DNA of 32,000 bases from Dubosiella newyorkensis. Its GTDB lineage: Bacteria > Bacillota_I > Bacilli_A > Erysipelotrichales > Erysipelotrichaceae. A program made the translations under genes and the position numbers. The DNA is taken from contig NZ_MPKA01000034.1 of the NCBI RefSeq assembly GCF_001945605.1, positions 1 to 32,000 on the forward strand. The letters run 5' to 3'. Shown in pieces: positions 16,916-25,079 of the stretch. The number at the start of each line of letters is the position of its first letter. The first letter of the stretch is position 1. The notes below the pieces were generated by a model. It ran no database searches. It saw only the letters and a program-made list of their open reading frames with translations, and was not told the DNA's origin.

Positions 16916-16943
16916 AAAAAAAATGAAACTCAGCGAGTTTCAT
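16916..16943 (-). terminator. Rho-independent terminator after the DUF4317-like/3-TM operon
   Basis: The minus strand reads ATGAAACT-CGCTG-AGTTTCAT followed by T8. The stem includes the stop codon at 16940-16942. Confidence 0.75.
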
Positions 16944-17488
16944 CCTAATACATTTTCAATCACGACTTTCATTACGTATAAAACAGTGGAAATCGTTAAC
17001 AAACGAACAGCCCCATTGTACATCGCTTGCTTATAGTCGAGCTCTTTTCGAAAAGAATCGATGACAAGACATAGATCGTCGATCATTTTTTGGGCCACTT
17101 CACTTGCAGGAAGTTTGTAAAGAGAAGGGATATTGAAACGAGTCGCATCGAGTTCATGTTCTCTTTTGGTCACTGAGATCTTGAGCGCGATAAAGGTTGT
17201 CAAAAGCATCCCAAGAAGCGAGGCGAGCGACAAGATTTGATACAACCCTGTGTGAATAAAAGCGATAAGAGAGCTTAGATCCCAACCTCGAAACATTTCC
17301 TTCCATTTCATATCATTGACGACCACGATCAATAAAGCCGCCATGAACGCGATCAAGATCGATACTTTCGTATAAATATCATCTTCGATCTTGATCAAGC
17401 GCTTATATTGAGTATCGCATAAAAATGCGACCATCAAATAAGAAGGTTCTACTGTTGACTGGAGAAGGTCTTCCGAATACTTATTCAT
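16940..17488 (-). CDS. Small three-TM membrane protein (hypothetical, 182 aa)
   Basis: TM1 is VSILIAFMAALLIVVV and TM2 is LIAFIHTGLYQILSLASLLGMLLTTFIAL. A ~55-aa charged helical segment follows, then TM3 (AVRLLTISTVLYVMKVVI) at the extreme C-terminus. A strong SD (GAAGGAGAG) lies 10 nt after the upstream stop. Confidence 0.7.
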   Translation of the reverse strand: MNKYSEDLLQSTVEPSYLMVAFLCDTQYKRLIKIEDDIYTKVSILIAFMAALLIVVVNDMKWKEMFRGWDLSSLIAFIHTGLYQILSLASLLGMLLTTFIALKISVTKREHELDATRFNIPSLYKLPASEVAQKMIDDLCLVIDSFRKELDYKQAMYNGAVRLLTISTVLYVMKVVIENVLG

Positions 17489-17498
17489 AATCTCTCCT

Positions 17499-18635
17499 TC
17501 ATGGCTTCATTTCGATCCCATTGATCTCAACGGAATCATCCAGCTCGATCACTAAGCACTTTCTGCCATTTACGATTTCAGTCTTCACTTTTGTATCTCC
17601 GCCATTTTTGACATTTACTGTAATATCCGGCACCTTGATCGCCATCTTCTGCACATTCGTCATGTTCACGGCCTTCAACTCTTGATCATCCAAGATGCTT
17701 TTATAGACGGCATCAAAATGTTCCATCGATACAGGATCGGCTCCTGAATATTCAAGAAGCTTTTTTACATCGCTTTTTGAATAGACGATCGAGCTTGGCT
17801 CTTCTTCGCTTTCTGCGATCGAATCATAAATGTTTTCATGGATATTCGTGAGGACTTCCATCGACAAGCGGTCCTCGAACATTCCGATGAGCACTTGAGC
17901 AAAACGGCTCTCTTCATCAAGTGGAGACAGCGAATAGTCTACATCTAATACATTTTCAATAAAAAAAGGATTGATCGATTTTGTATTCTTGGCATGATAG
18001 AGCACATGATTGACATCGCTTGCTCTTTCTGAAAAACACGGATATAAAAACGCATCCACTGGATCGGCTTTGATTTCCATATCAATATTGACTTTACGTT
18101 CTACTTGATTGTTTTCTCGATTATAATACAATCCGATCTTTGTTTGATCGACCGGACAGATCGAAACCAGCATGAAGCGATAGGTATATCCATCTTCATA
18201 GCTCGCTTCTAGATTTTTTGATTTAAGAGGAACGGAATATTCACCGAAAGCCATCGTGATGAACACAGTATTGGAGTAATGCCCTTCCTCTATGATTTTT
18301 TGGACTAAGCTTCGAAAGGAGTCTTCATCCTCTAATTGGTTTTTTACGATCTCGTACAGTTGTTCTTGCATTGGATTTGGCTTTCCATCCACTCTAGGAA
18401 AACCAAATTCCAGCAAATTCTTGCCTAAGGTTCCGGCCAAGGATTTTTTGAAAATCTCAATATATAGATCGCCTTCCTCTTGCGATAAAAGACTAAAATC
18501 TTTCATATCATAGCTCAAGATTTTTTTTTGTTCCGAATTGATCAAGGCATACGCGCTAGCGACTTTTGAAATATAGAGCAGTTCGTTTTCCCAAGTGATT
18601 TGTCGCTTTAGTTCTGCAAGTTCTTTTTTATTCAT
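17499..18635 (-). CDS. DUF4317-like cytoplasmic protein (378 aa)
   Basis: The N-terminus MNKKELAELKRQ... and overall size and composition resemble DUF4317-family proteins of Clostridia/Erysipelotrichia. This is recognised from memory, not verified. SD GGAGGA. Confidence 0.6.
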   Translation of the reverse strand: MNKKELAELKRQITWENELLYISKVASAYALINSEQKKILSYDMKDFSLLSQEEGDLYIEIFKKSLAGTLGKNLLEFGFPRVDGKPNPMQEQLYEIVKNQLEDEDSFRSLVQKIIEEGHYSNTVFITMAFGEYSVPLKSKNLEASYEDGYTYRFMLVSICPVDQTKIGLYYNRENNQVERKVNIDMEIKADPVDAFLYPCFSERASDVNHVLYHAKNTKSINPFFIENVLDVDYSLSPLDEESRFAQVLIGMFEDRLSMEVLTNIHENIYDSIAESEEEPSSIVYSKSDVKKLLEYSGADPVSMEHFDAVYKSILDDQELKAVNMTNVQKMAIKVPDITVNVKNGGDTKVKTEIVNGRKCLVIELDDSVEINGIEMKP

Positions 18636-18749
18636 CTCTATCCTCCATTGATCTCATTGCCTATTATACATTTTTTCTAGAAAGTTTGAGATCTAGAAAG
18701 CAGAAGCACATAACGCGTTTTCAATATAGAAGCGTGATAGGGTGAAGTT

Positions 18750-19451
18750 ATGACGATCAGTAAACAAGAATTCTTAAGACAGTGCACCGAATTCGAGAAT
18801 TTGATGCGCCATAAGTACAAGCTTCAGGAAAACGAGTCTCCTTATTATGAATTTGCGCATCTGCCTGAATTCAAAGAATATATTGACGATATTAATGTGA
18901 TCCGGATCTTGCGCAACACTTATGTCCACAATAATACTTTGATCAATGGAGAAGAAGCGTTCGAGATCAAGCCTGTGATCGAAAACGCATTGAACGAGAT
19001 CATGGAAAAGCTAAAAAATCCTCCGATCGTTCAAAGCATATATACTTCGAAGGTGATCAGCGCCAAACCAAATGATCGAGTCTGGACTACGATGTATACG
19101 ATGAAAGAAAAAGGCATTTCTTATGTACCCGTCTTGGAAAACAAACATGTTATTGGTGTCTTCAGCAAAACAACGATCTTCGACGCCTTGATCGACCACA
19201 CCGTCATCAAAAAGAACGAAACGATTGGCGACTTGCTCAGATTCTTGCCCAACGATTCTGATTCCTATCAAGAATATGATTTTATAGGGATCCACGATTC
19301 GATCGAACATGCGCGGCAAATGTTTATGAAACTGAGAAAAAAGCCGCTCGAATTGTTGTTTGTCACCCAGAATGGTTCGAAAAACGAGCCACTGATAGGG
19401 GTTCTTAGTCCGTATGATCTTTTGAAGGATCGTAGCGAAGATCAAATATAG
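18750..19451 (+). CDS. HEPN-like (Rx4H) N-terminal domain fused to a CBS-pair domain
   Basis: Residues 1-90 are helical and carry IRILRNTYVHNN (R55-N-x3-H60, nt 18912-18929), which matches the HEPN Rx4-6H motif. Residues ~95-233 show two CBS-like repeats (VISAKPNDRVWTTMYTMKEKGISYVPVLENKHVIGVFS; ...LELLFVTQNGSKNEPLIGVLSPYDLL). SD AGGGTGA. Confidence 0.65.
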   Translation: MTISKQEFLRQCTEFENLMRHKYKLQENESPYYEFAHLPEFKEYIDDINVIRILRNTYVHNNTLINGEEAFEIKPVIENALNEIMEKLKNPPIVQSIYTSKVISAKPNDRVWTTMYTMKEKGISYVPVLENKHVIGVFSKTTIFDALIDHTVIKKNETIGDLLRFLPNDSDSYQEYDFIGIHDSIEHARQMFMKLRKKPLELLFVTQNGSKNEPLIGVLSPYDLLKDRSEDQI

Positions 19452-20010
19452 AAGCCTCTTCATTCAAGATCCGAGTTTTATAGAGCAGAAAGCCGTTATG
19501 GAGATATTTCTGCTTTTTATGTTCTTCATCCGTTTCAATGATGCAAAGGCATCCTCTTTCCTTCGCCATTTCTTTGGCGTCTTTGAGCAAGCGGCTCATA
19601 TATCCGTGATTCCACGCCTCTTGTTTGACGGCGAGCAATTCGATATGGATAAAAGACTTCCCTTCTTTCCTCAATTGGATTTCTTGCGAACTGCCTCCTC
19701 TTGAGCCAAACTCCATATTTTTATAAAGATCCTTCCATCCTAGGATCTTGATCATGCCAATCAGTAGTCGAAAATACGCGAAAATAGGCGTTACACTTTT
19801 CTCATCGGAGATCAGCATGACTGCTTGATCATCCAACGAATAAATTGCACAATATTCAAGCATAACCGATATATTCAATAAAATATATCGTTCGATCTTT
19901 TCTTTGTTTTTGAAATGATAAAAAGAGGCGCTTGGATACGGGTAGAAGGCAAATGCTTTTGCGATCCAAGCTCTCTCTTGCGTACCTAACGTTAACTTTC
20001 TTATAGCCAT
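19405..20010 (-). CDS. GNAT-family N-acetyltransferase
   Basis: Acetyl-CoA binding region LLAVKQEAWNHGYMSRLLKDAKEMAKERG and the C-terminal ETD....YLHNGF pattern. The 3' end overlaps the convergent CBS gene by 47 nt. No obvious SD. Confidence 0.7.
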   Translation of the reverse strand: MAIRKLTLGTQERAWIAKAFAFYPYPSASFYHFKNKEKIERYILLNISVMLEYCAIYSLDDQAVMLISDEKSVTPIFAYFRLLIGMIKILGWKDLYKNMEFGSRGGSSQEIQLRKEGKSFIHIELLAVKQEAWNHGYMSRLLKDAKEMAKERGCLCIIETDEEHKKQKYLHNGFLLYKTRILNEEASIFDLRYDPSKDHTD

Positions 20011-20089
20011 GCTTTAAGAATAACGAAAAATCAGCAAAAAATGTAGCACAAATGAAGCATTTGTAGACGAAAGAAAATATAATGAAACT

Positions 20090-21160
20090 ATGAAACGATA
20101 TTCCTTAAGAAAAGCAAGCGTCCTATTGATGGCGGCTATGATCGGACTAGCGCCTCAATATCTCTATGCTGCTGAAAAAGAAAAAAGTGAGCCGACCAAC
20201 ACAAATGCGGCTCTATTTAAAACACTGGATGAGCAAAAAGAAGCTCTGAAAGAATACCCGATCCTTTTTTCAGCTGGATTTAACGCGTTCAAAAACCAAA
20301 CCGATGATGGAACCTATATCATTCCTGGGCTACTACATACCCAAAGTCTCAGCAAAGAAGGTAAAGTGAGCGAATGCGATGAAATGACACCACAAGGTGT
20401 GGCTGTCGTGGATGATTATATTATGATCAGCGCGTATTGTTATGAGCATGAACACAACAGCGTCATTTATGTTTTGGATCGAAAAAATCACAACTATTTA
20501 AAAACGCTCGTTTTAAATGGTATGCCGCATGCCGGAAGTATCGCCTACGATCCTTTGAACCGTAATCTTTGGATCGCCACAAAAAATGAAAAAAGAGATC
20601 GTGGTGCATTGTCCTACATCAGTCTTGCGAAAATCGATACGTATGATTTTGCTCATGATAAGCGTGCGATCCTATACGACTATACCCTCGAGATCCCGAC
20701 TTTAAAAGATGTCTCTTTCATGACTTACTATAAAAATCAAGTTTTTTGTGGATATTTTTCAAACGATGATAAGAATTTGAAAGTTTATACCTATGATATT
20801 GATCCGATGACAGGCAATCTTGTCACCAACAAGCATCATACGGCGATCGCGAAAGGCATCGATCATATCGGTAATTATTGCCAAGGGATCGCGATCAATG
20901 ATGAATACATCGTTCTTGCTGCTTCCGACGGCCCTGATTTGCAATCAAAACTCAGTTTTTATAGTCGAAAAGAAAATTATTTGCTCCCAAATACAGCAGA
21001 AGAAGTCATCGATCTGCCTCCTCGTCTTGAACAGATCTACTTCAATGGCGGCAATACGCTAATCTTGAATTTCGAATCGGCGGCAAAACACTATCGAGAT
21101 GAAGGGATCTATCATATCGATCGTCTATTGAGTTTAAATGTGGATGATTTAATGAAATAG
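20090..21160 (+). CDS. Secreted hypothetical protein (356 aa)
   Basis: Signal peptide MKRYSLRKASVLLMAAMIGLAPQYLYAAE. Repeated beta-strand-rich segments (PQGVAVVDDYIMISA, GSIAYDPLNRNLWIA, CQGIAINDEYIVLAA) suggest a propeller-like fold. No family recognised. Confidence 0.65.
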   Translation: MKRYSLRKASVLLMAAMIGLAPQYLYAAEKEKSEPTNTNAALFKTLDEQKEALKEYPILFSAGFNAFKNQTDDGTYIIPGLLHTQSLSKEGKVSECDEMTPQGVAVVDDYIMISAYCYEHEHNSVIYVLDRKNHNYLKTLVLNGMPHAGSIAYDPLNRNLWIATKNEKRDRGALSYISLAKIDTYDFAHDKRAILYDYTLEIPTLKDVSFMTYYKNQVFCGYFSNDDKNLKVYTYDIDPMTGNLVTNKHHTAIAKGIDHIGNYCQGIAINDEYIVLAASDGPDLQSKLSFYSRKENYLLPNTAEEVIDLPPRLEQIYFNGGNTLILNFESAAKHYRDEGIYHIDRLLSLNVDDLMK

Positions 21161-21171
21161 ATTTTTTGGTT

Positions 21172-21218
21172 CCTCTTTCCGTGTTATGATTAAGTCTAAA
21201 CGGAAAGGGGAATTTTTT
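21172..21218 (+). terminator. Terminator-like hairpin whose 3' arm contains the SD of the NSS transporter gene
   Basis: CCTCTTTCCG (21172-21181) pairs with CGGAAAGGGG (21201-21210) with one G-U and a 19-nt loop, followed by AATTTTTT. The AAAGGGGA SD for the ATG at 21221 lies inside the 3' arm. Confidence 0.55.
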
Positions 21219-21220
21219 AT

Positions 21221-22579
21221 ATGGAACGAGAGAAACTCAGCTCCCGTTTAGGTTTTATTTTGATTTCTGCTGGTTGTGCGATCGGGATCGGAAATGTTTG
21301 GAAATTTCCATATGTGGCTGGCCAAAATGGTGGGGCTATCTTTATTTTGATCTATTTATTGTTTTTGATCCTTTTAGGAATTCCCATCATGACGATGGAA
21401 TTTTCTATGGGGCGGGCTTCTAGACGATCTCCTGCACGGATCTACGAACAATTAGAGCGCCCAGGAACCCATTGGCATTATCATGGAAAGATTGCAGTCG
21501 CAGGTAATTATTTATTAATGATGTTTTATACGACTGTAGCTGGCTGGATGTTGAAATATTTTTTAGATTTTACGTTTGGGTGGATCGATATGTCTTCGCC
21601 TGAATCCGTCGCAATGCATTTTGAAGCGATGAACAAAGATCCTTTCACTCTTGTATCGATGATGGCGATCGTCGTTGTTTTAGGTTTTGGGATCTGCGCT
21701 CTAGGTCTGCAGTCAGGCTTGGAGAAATTCAGCAAATGGATGATGTCTTCTTTATTGCTGATCATGCTCGTCTTAGCGATCAATTCGATTTTTCTAGAAG
21801 GCGCGCAAGAAGGATTGCGGTTTTATTTGCTGCCTAACTTGGATCGTTTTCTTGCAGCGGGTCCTTTTCAAGTGATCGTATCTGCTATGAATCAAGCGTT
21901 CTTCACTCTCTCTTTAGGAATTGGCGCCATGGCAATCTTTGGCTCCTATATTGACAAAAAGCATACTCTGTTGAGTGAATCGATCAATGTCGCTTTTCTT
22001 GATACATTTGTTGCGATCACGGCTGGCTTGATCATCATTCCCGCTTGTTTTGCTTTCAATATAGAGGTGGGAGCAGGTCCATCCTTGATCTTTATCACTT
22101 TGCCAAATTTATTCCACAACATGCCGTTTGGTCGGCTATGGGGCGCTTTGTTTTTTGTTTTTATGTCTTTCGCTGCTTTTTCTACCGTTTTAGCTGTCTT
22201 TGAAAATATCATCTCAAGCACGATGGACCTATTTTCGGTTTCTAGAAAAAAAGCGTGTTTATATAATGTATTCATTGTTTTTCTTTTATCGCTTCCATGC
22301 GCTCTAGGATTCAATCTTTTAGAACAGATCGCCCCTCTAGGCACTGGAACGACGATATTGGATCTCGAGGATTTTATCGTATCCAATCTGATTCTTCCGT
22401 TAGGCAGTTTTGTTTTTGTGCTTTTCTGTACATGGAAGCTTGGCTGGGGATGGAACTCGTTTGTGCAAGAAGCCAACCAAGGAAAAGGGATCAAAGTTCA
22501 GCCATGGATGAAAAACTACTGTAAGTTCGTTTTGCCTCTTGCGATCCTCTTTATCTTTCTTGCTGGTTTTTTCGCTTGA
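21221..22579 (+). CDS. Sodium-dependent transporter, NSS/SNF family
   Basis: The N-terminal signature SRLGFILISAGCAIGIGNVWKFPY, 11-12 TM segments and ~450 aa length fit the family. Confidence 0.9.
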   Translation: MEREKLSSRLGFILISAGCAIGIGNVWKFPYVAGQNGGAIFILIYLLFLILLGIPIMTMEFSMGRASRRSPARIYEQLERPGTHWHYHGKIAVAGNYLLMMFYTTVAGWMLKYFLDFTFGWIDMSSPESVAMHFEAMNKDPFTLVSMMAIVVVLGFGICALGLQSGLEKFSKWMMSSLLLIMLVLAINSIFLEGAQEGLRFYLLPNLDRFLAAGPFQVIVSAMNQAFFTLSLGIGAMAIFGSYIDKKHTLLSESINVAFLDTFVAITAGLIIIPACFAFNIEVGAGPSLIFITLPNLFHNMPFGRLWGALFFVFMSFAAFSTVLAVFENIISSTMDLFSVSRKKACLYNVFIVFLLSLPCALGFNLLEQIAPLGTGTTILDLEDFIVSNLILPLGSFVFVLFCTWKLGWGWNSFVQEANQGKGIKVQPWMKNYCKFVLPLAILFIFLAGFFA

Positions 22580-22585
22580 TCTTTT

Positions 22586-22609
22586 ACTCCCGGTCTGGGA
22601 GTTTTTTTT
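22586..22609 (+). terminator. Rho-independent terminator after the NSS transporter gene
   Basis: ACTCCC-GGTCT-GGGAGT followed by T8. Confidence 0.8.
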
Positions 22610-22611
22610 AT

Positions 22612-22635
22612 AAAAAAATACCGGAGCCCCGGTAT
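22612..22635 (-). terminator. Rho-independent terminator after the gamma-CA-like gene
   Basis: The minus strand reads ATACCGG-GGCT-CCGGTAT followed by T7. Confidence 0.75.
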
Positions 22636-23120
22636 TAATATTGATCCTTTTTATATGCTTTAGCGAGTTCAGCATATTCTGCGGCGCTTAAAGCGTTTGC
22701 CTCGATTTCTTCTGGCGTGAGTTTACGGATAGCTTTGGCTGGCGAGCCTAAAATAAGCATTCCTTCCTCGTATTCTTTATTTTGTGGAACGAGAGAGCCA
22801 GCTGCGACGATCGAATTTTTTTTGATTTTCGCTCCATTCAATACGATCGCTCCCATTCCGATCAGCGTGTTTTTTTCGATCGTACAGCCATGCAAGATCG
22901 CGCCATGTCCGACCGTGCATCCTTCAGAGACGATCGTATCATACCCTTCGTCGCAGTGGATGACGCAGTGATCTTGAATATTGCTTTCTTTCTTGATCAA
23001 GATCTTTGCGTGTTCAGCTCGAAGCACGCTCTGAAACCAAATGCTTGCGTTGGCTTCGATTTCTACATTTCCTTTAATTGTCGCATTGGGTGCGATCCAT
23101 GCGTTGTCATTAATTTTCAT
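22635..23120 (-). CDS. Gamma-carbonic-anhydrase-like / hexapeptide-repeat (LbH) protein (YrdA/PaaY/CaiE type)
   Basis: Left-handed beta-helix hexapeptide repeats (IAPNATIKGNVEIEANASIWFQSVLRAE....,VGHGAILHGCTIEKNTLIGMGAIVLNGAKI) in a protein of ~160 aa. Confidence 0.85.
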   Translation of the reverse strand: MKINDNAWIAPNATIKGNVEIEANASIWFQSVLRAEHAKILIKKESNIQDHCVIHCDEGYDTIVSEGCTVGHGAILHGCTIEKNTLIGMGAIVLNGAKIKKNSIVAAGSLVPQNKEYEEGMLILGSPAKAIRKLTPEEIEANALSAAEYAELAKAYKKDQY

Positions 23121-23135
23121 CCTATTCTCATTCTC

Positions 23136-23837
23136 CTATATTGGCATGAGCCAAACTTGTTCGGCTTCCGTTTGGGAAAGATACCCATTTTCGACCATCG
23201 CCTCCAGAACGAGACGCTGTCTATTTTTTGCTTTATCAAAATGGGTGACTAGATCATAATTGGCGGGCGATTGAGGGATCCCGGCTAAAATCGCGCATTG
23301 CCCTTCATTCATCTGTTGTGGATATAATCCAAAATATCCACTCGACGCTTCATAGATCCCAGTGTACCCATTTCCGTAATTGATAATATTGACATAGAGG
23401 GCAAAGATCTCTTCTTTGCTGCAAGTGTTTTCTAGATCGTTGGCTAGAAAGATTTCCGCGACCTTTCTTTGAAGAGAAAAATCGAATAATCCATACATGT
23501 TTTTTACAGTTTGTTGACTGATCGTGCTTCCTCCGCTCTCTAGCATCCCTGGAACGAATTGGGAAGCCACTGCTCGAACGATCCCGATATAGTCAACGCC
23601 ATGATGATAGAAAAACCTTCGATCCTCGATCGCGACTGTCGCGTCCACGAGAGTTTTGGGAAGCTGTTCATACGGAATAAAATCAGGGGACGCTTCGATC
23701 GTTTCGACGATTTGTGCCACGTTTTTATTCGATGTCAGATCTTTGTATTGCTTGTAGCCTGAATAGCCAAAAAAAGCACCAGCGCAAAGAAAAAACAAAA
23801 GAACACATTTTACGATGAATTTTATGAATCTTTTCAT
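23136..23837 (-). CDS. Monofunctional peptidoglycan glycosyltransferase (GT51)
   Basis: N-terminal TM anchor plus the GT51 motifs AIEDRRFFYHHGVD, GGSTISQQTVKN and RKVAE. No transpeptidase domain. Confidence 0.85.
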   Translation of the reverse strand: MKRFIKFIVKCVLLFFLCAGAFFGYSGYKQYKDLTSNKNVAQIVETIEASPDFIPYEQLPKTLVDATVAIEDRRFFYHHGVDYIGIVRAVASQFVPGMLESGGSTISQQTVKNMYGLFDFSLQRKVAEIFLANDLENTCSKEEIFALYVNIINYGNGYTGIYEASSGYFGLYPQQMNEGQCAILAGIPQSPANYDLVTHFDKAKNRQRLVLEAMVENGYLSQTEAEQVWLMPI

Positions 23838-23903
23838 ACTTTCCTCCTGGCACTTTCACAATAGCATGAATCATGATTTCTTTCCTTTCATTCCCGTAAT
23901 CTA

Positions 23904-25079
23904 CTAGACGAGCTTTGCTTCGAAAAGAAAGCGGATTTGGTCGTTGTCACAGTGTACTCGCAAATTCAAATCGTTTCGTCTGCTGATCTCTTTTGCGATC
24001 GCTAGACCTAAACCATAGCTTTCAGAATTCGTGCGCGAAGAATCTACTTTATAAAACCGTTCAAAGATCTTTTCTTGTTCCTCTTTAGACAGAGTTCCAG
24101 GATTTGCGATCGAAAAAAGCGCGTTTGAATCCGCTTTTTGCACATTGAATTCGATCCTTCCCTCTTTAGGTGTATATTTTTGAGCGTTGTCCATTAAGAT
24201 CAAGACTAGATCTTCTAGATCATGCTGATTGGCTTTGATAAAGAGATGGTCTTGGATCTTCGCTTCAAGTTCGATCCCTTGCTCATACAAACCTTCTTCT
24301 TTTTCTAAAATGATTTTTTGACATAATGAAGAAAAATCAAATCGTTCTTTCTCTTCTTTCGGATTGGATTCCAATCGAGCGAGCTCTAGCAAGCGAAAGA
24401 TCAAGCGTTGCATTCGATTGGTTTCTTCATAGAGCGATAAGAAGATTTCATTGTTTGGTTCTTGTTCTAGTAGAGATTGCGTATCCGCTTTTAAGATCGT
24501 TAATGGCGTTTTGAGTTCATGAGACGCGTCGGATACAAATTGTTTTTGTTTTTCCCACGCGATCCAAACGGGTTTCAAGATCCAGCGGCTCGCGAACCAT
24601 GAAGCGGTCCCAAATAACAATAAAATAAAAATAAAAGATTGAACGCATTGAAAGATGAGTGTATGGAGCTGTTCGCTCAGCATTTCCGTTTCGACAAAGC
24701 CTGTGATATATCCACGTCTTGTTTCGTGCTTCTCATAGATGAGATCATCTTTTTTTTCTCGTTGATCGATTTTGGCTTGTTCTGCTAGCTCGATCAATTG
24801 GACTTTATCGATCAAAACGTTGCGTTCATCACCAAACAAGGTGTAGCTTTCATCCCAAGCATCATAAATTAACGTATATGTTGGTACGCCCGGTGATTTA
24901 TGATTTCTTAAAGGGGTAAGCTCCAAGGCCCATTCTAAACTTTGTTCGATTTCTTGTTCATTGGATCGATAGGAAGCAAAGCAGATCGAGAAAAAAATCG
25001 CGAGCATGAGAAGAGCTACAAAACCGAGTGTAAATCCAAAAAGCTTCCACCGCAATGTTTTGATGACGTTATTGTTCAA
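23904..25079 (-). CDS. Sensor histidine kinase (two TM segments, HisKA + HATPase_c)
   Basis: H-box SDASHELKTPLT, N-box LMDNAQKYTP and G-box GLGLAIAKEI. It overlaps the response regulator gene by 11 nt. Confidence 0.9.
   Translation of the reverse strand: MNNNVIKTLRWKLFGFTLGFVALLMLAIFFSICFASYRSNEQEIEQSLEWALELTPLRNHKSPGVPTYTLIYDAWDESYTLFGDERNVLIDKVQLIELAEQAKIDQREKKDDLIYEKHETRRGYITGFVETEMLSEQLHTLIFQCVQSFIFILLLFGTASWFASRWILKPVWIAWEKQKQFVSDASHELKTPLTILKADTQSLLEQEPNNEIFLSLYEETNRMQRLIFRLLELARLESNPKEEKERFDFSSLCQKIILEKEEGLYEQGIELEAKIQDHLFIKANQHDLEDLVLILMDNAQKYTPKEGRIEFNVQKADSNALFSIANPGTLSKEEQEKIFERFYKVDSSRTNSESYGLGLAIAKEISRRNDLNLRVHCDNDQIRFLFEAKLV

Noticed and set aside
19011-19463. 150-aa minus-strand ORF antisense to the CBS region
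   Set aside because: It lies entirely within the better-supported + strand CBS-fusion gene and has no motif of its own.
21946-22494. 182-aa minus-strand ORF, and other antisense ORFs, within the NSS transporter gene
   Set aside because: The + strand frame carries an unmistakable NSS signature and continuous TM pattern. The antisense products are low-complexity.
22717-23259. Plus-strand ORFs (84, 156 and 72 aa) across the gamma-CA-like and GT51 genes
   Set aside because: They are antisense to two motif-supported genes and span their intergenic gap without any start context.
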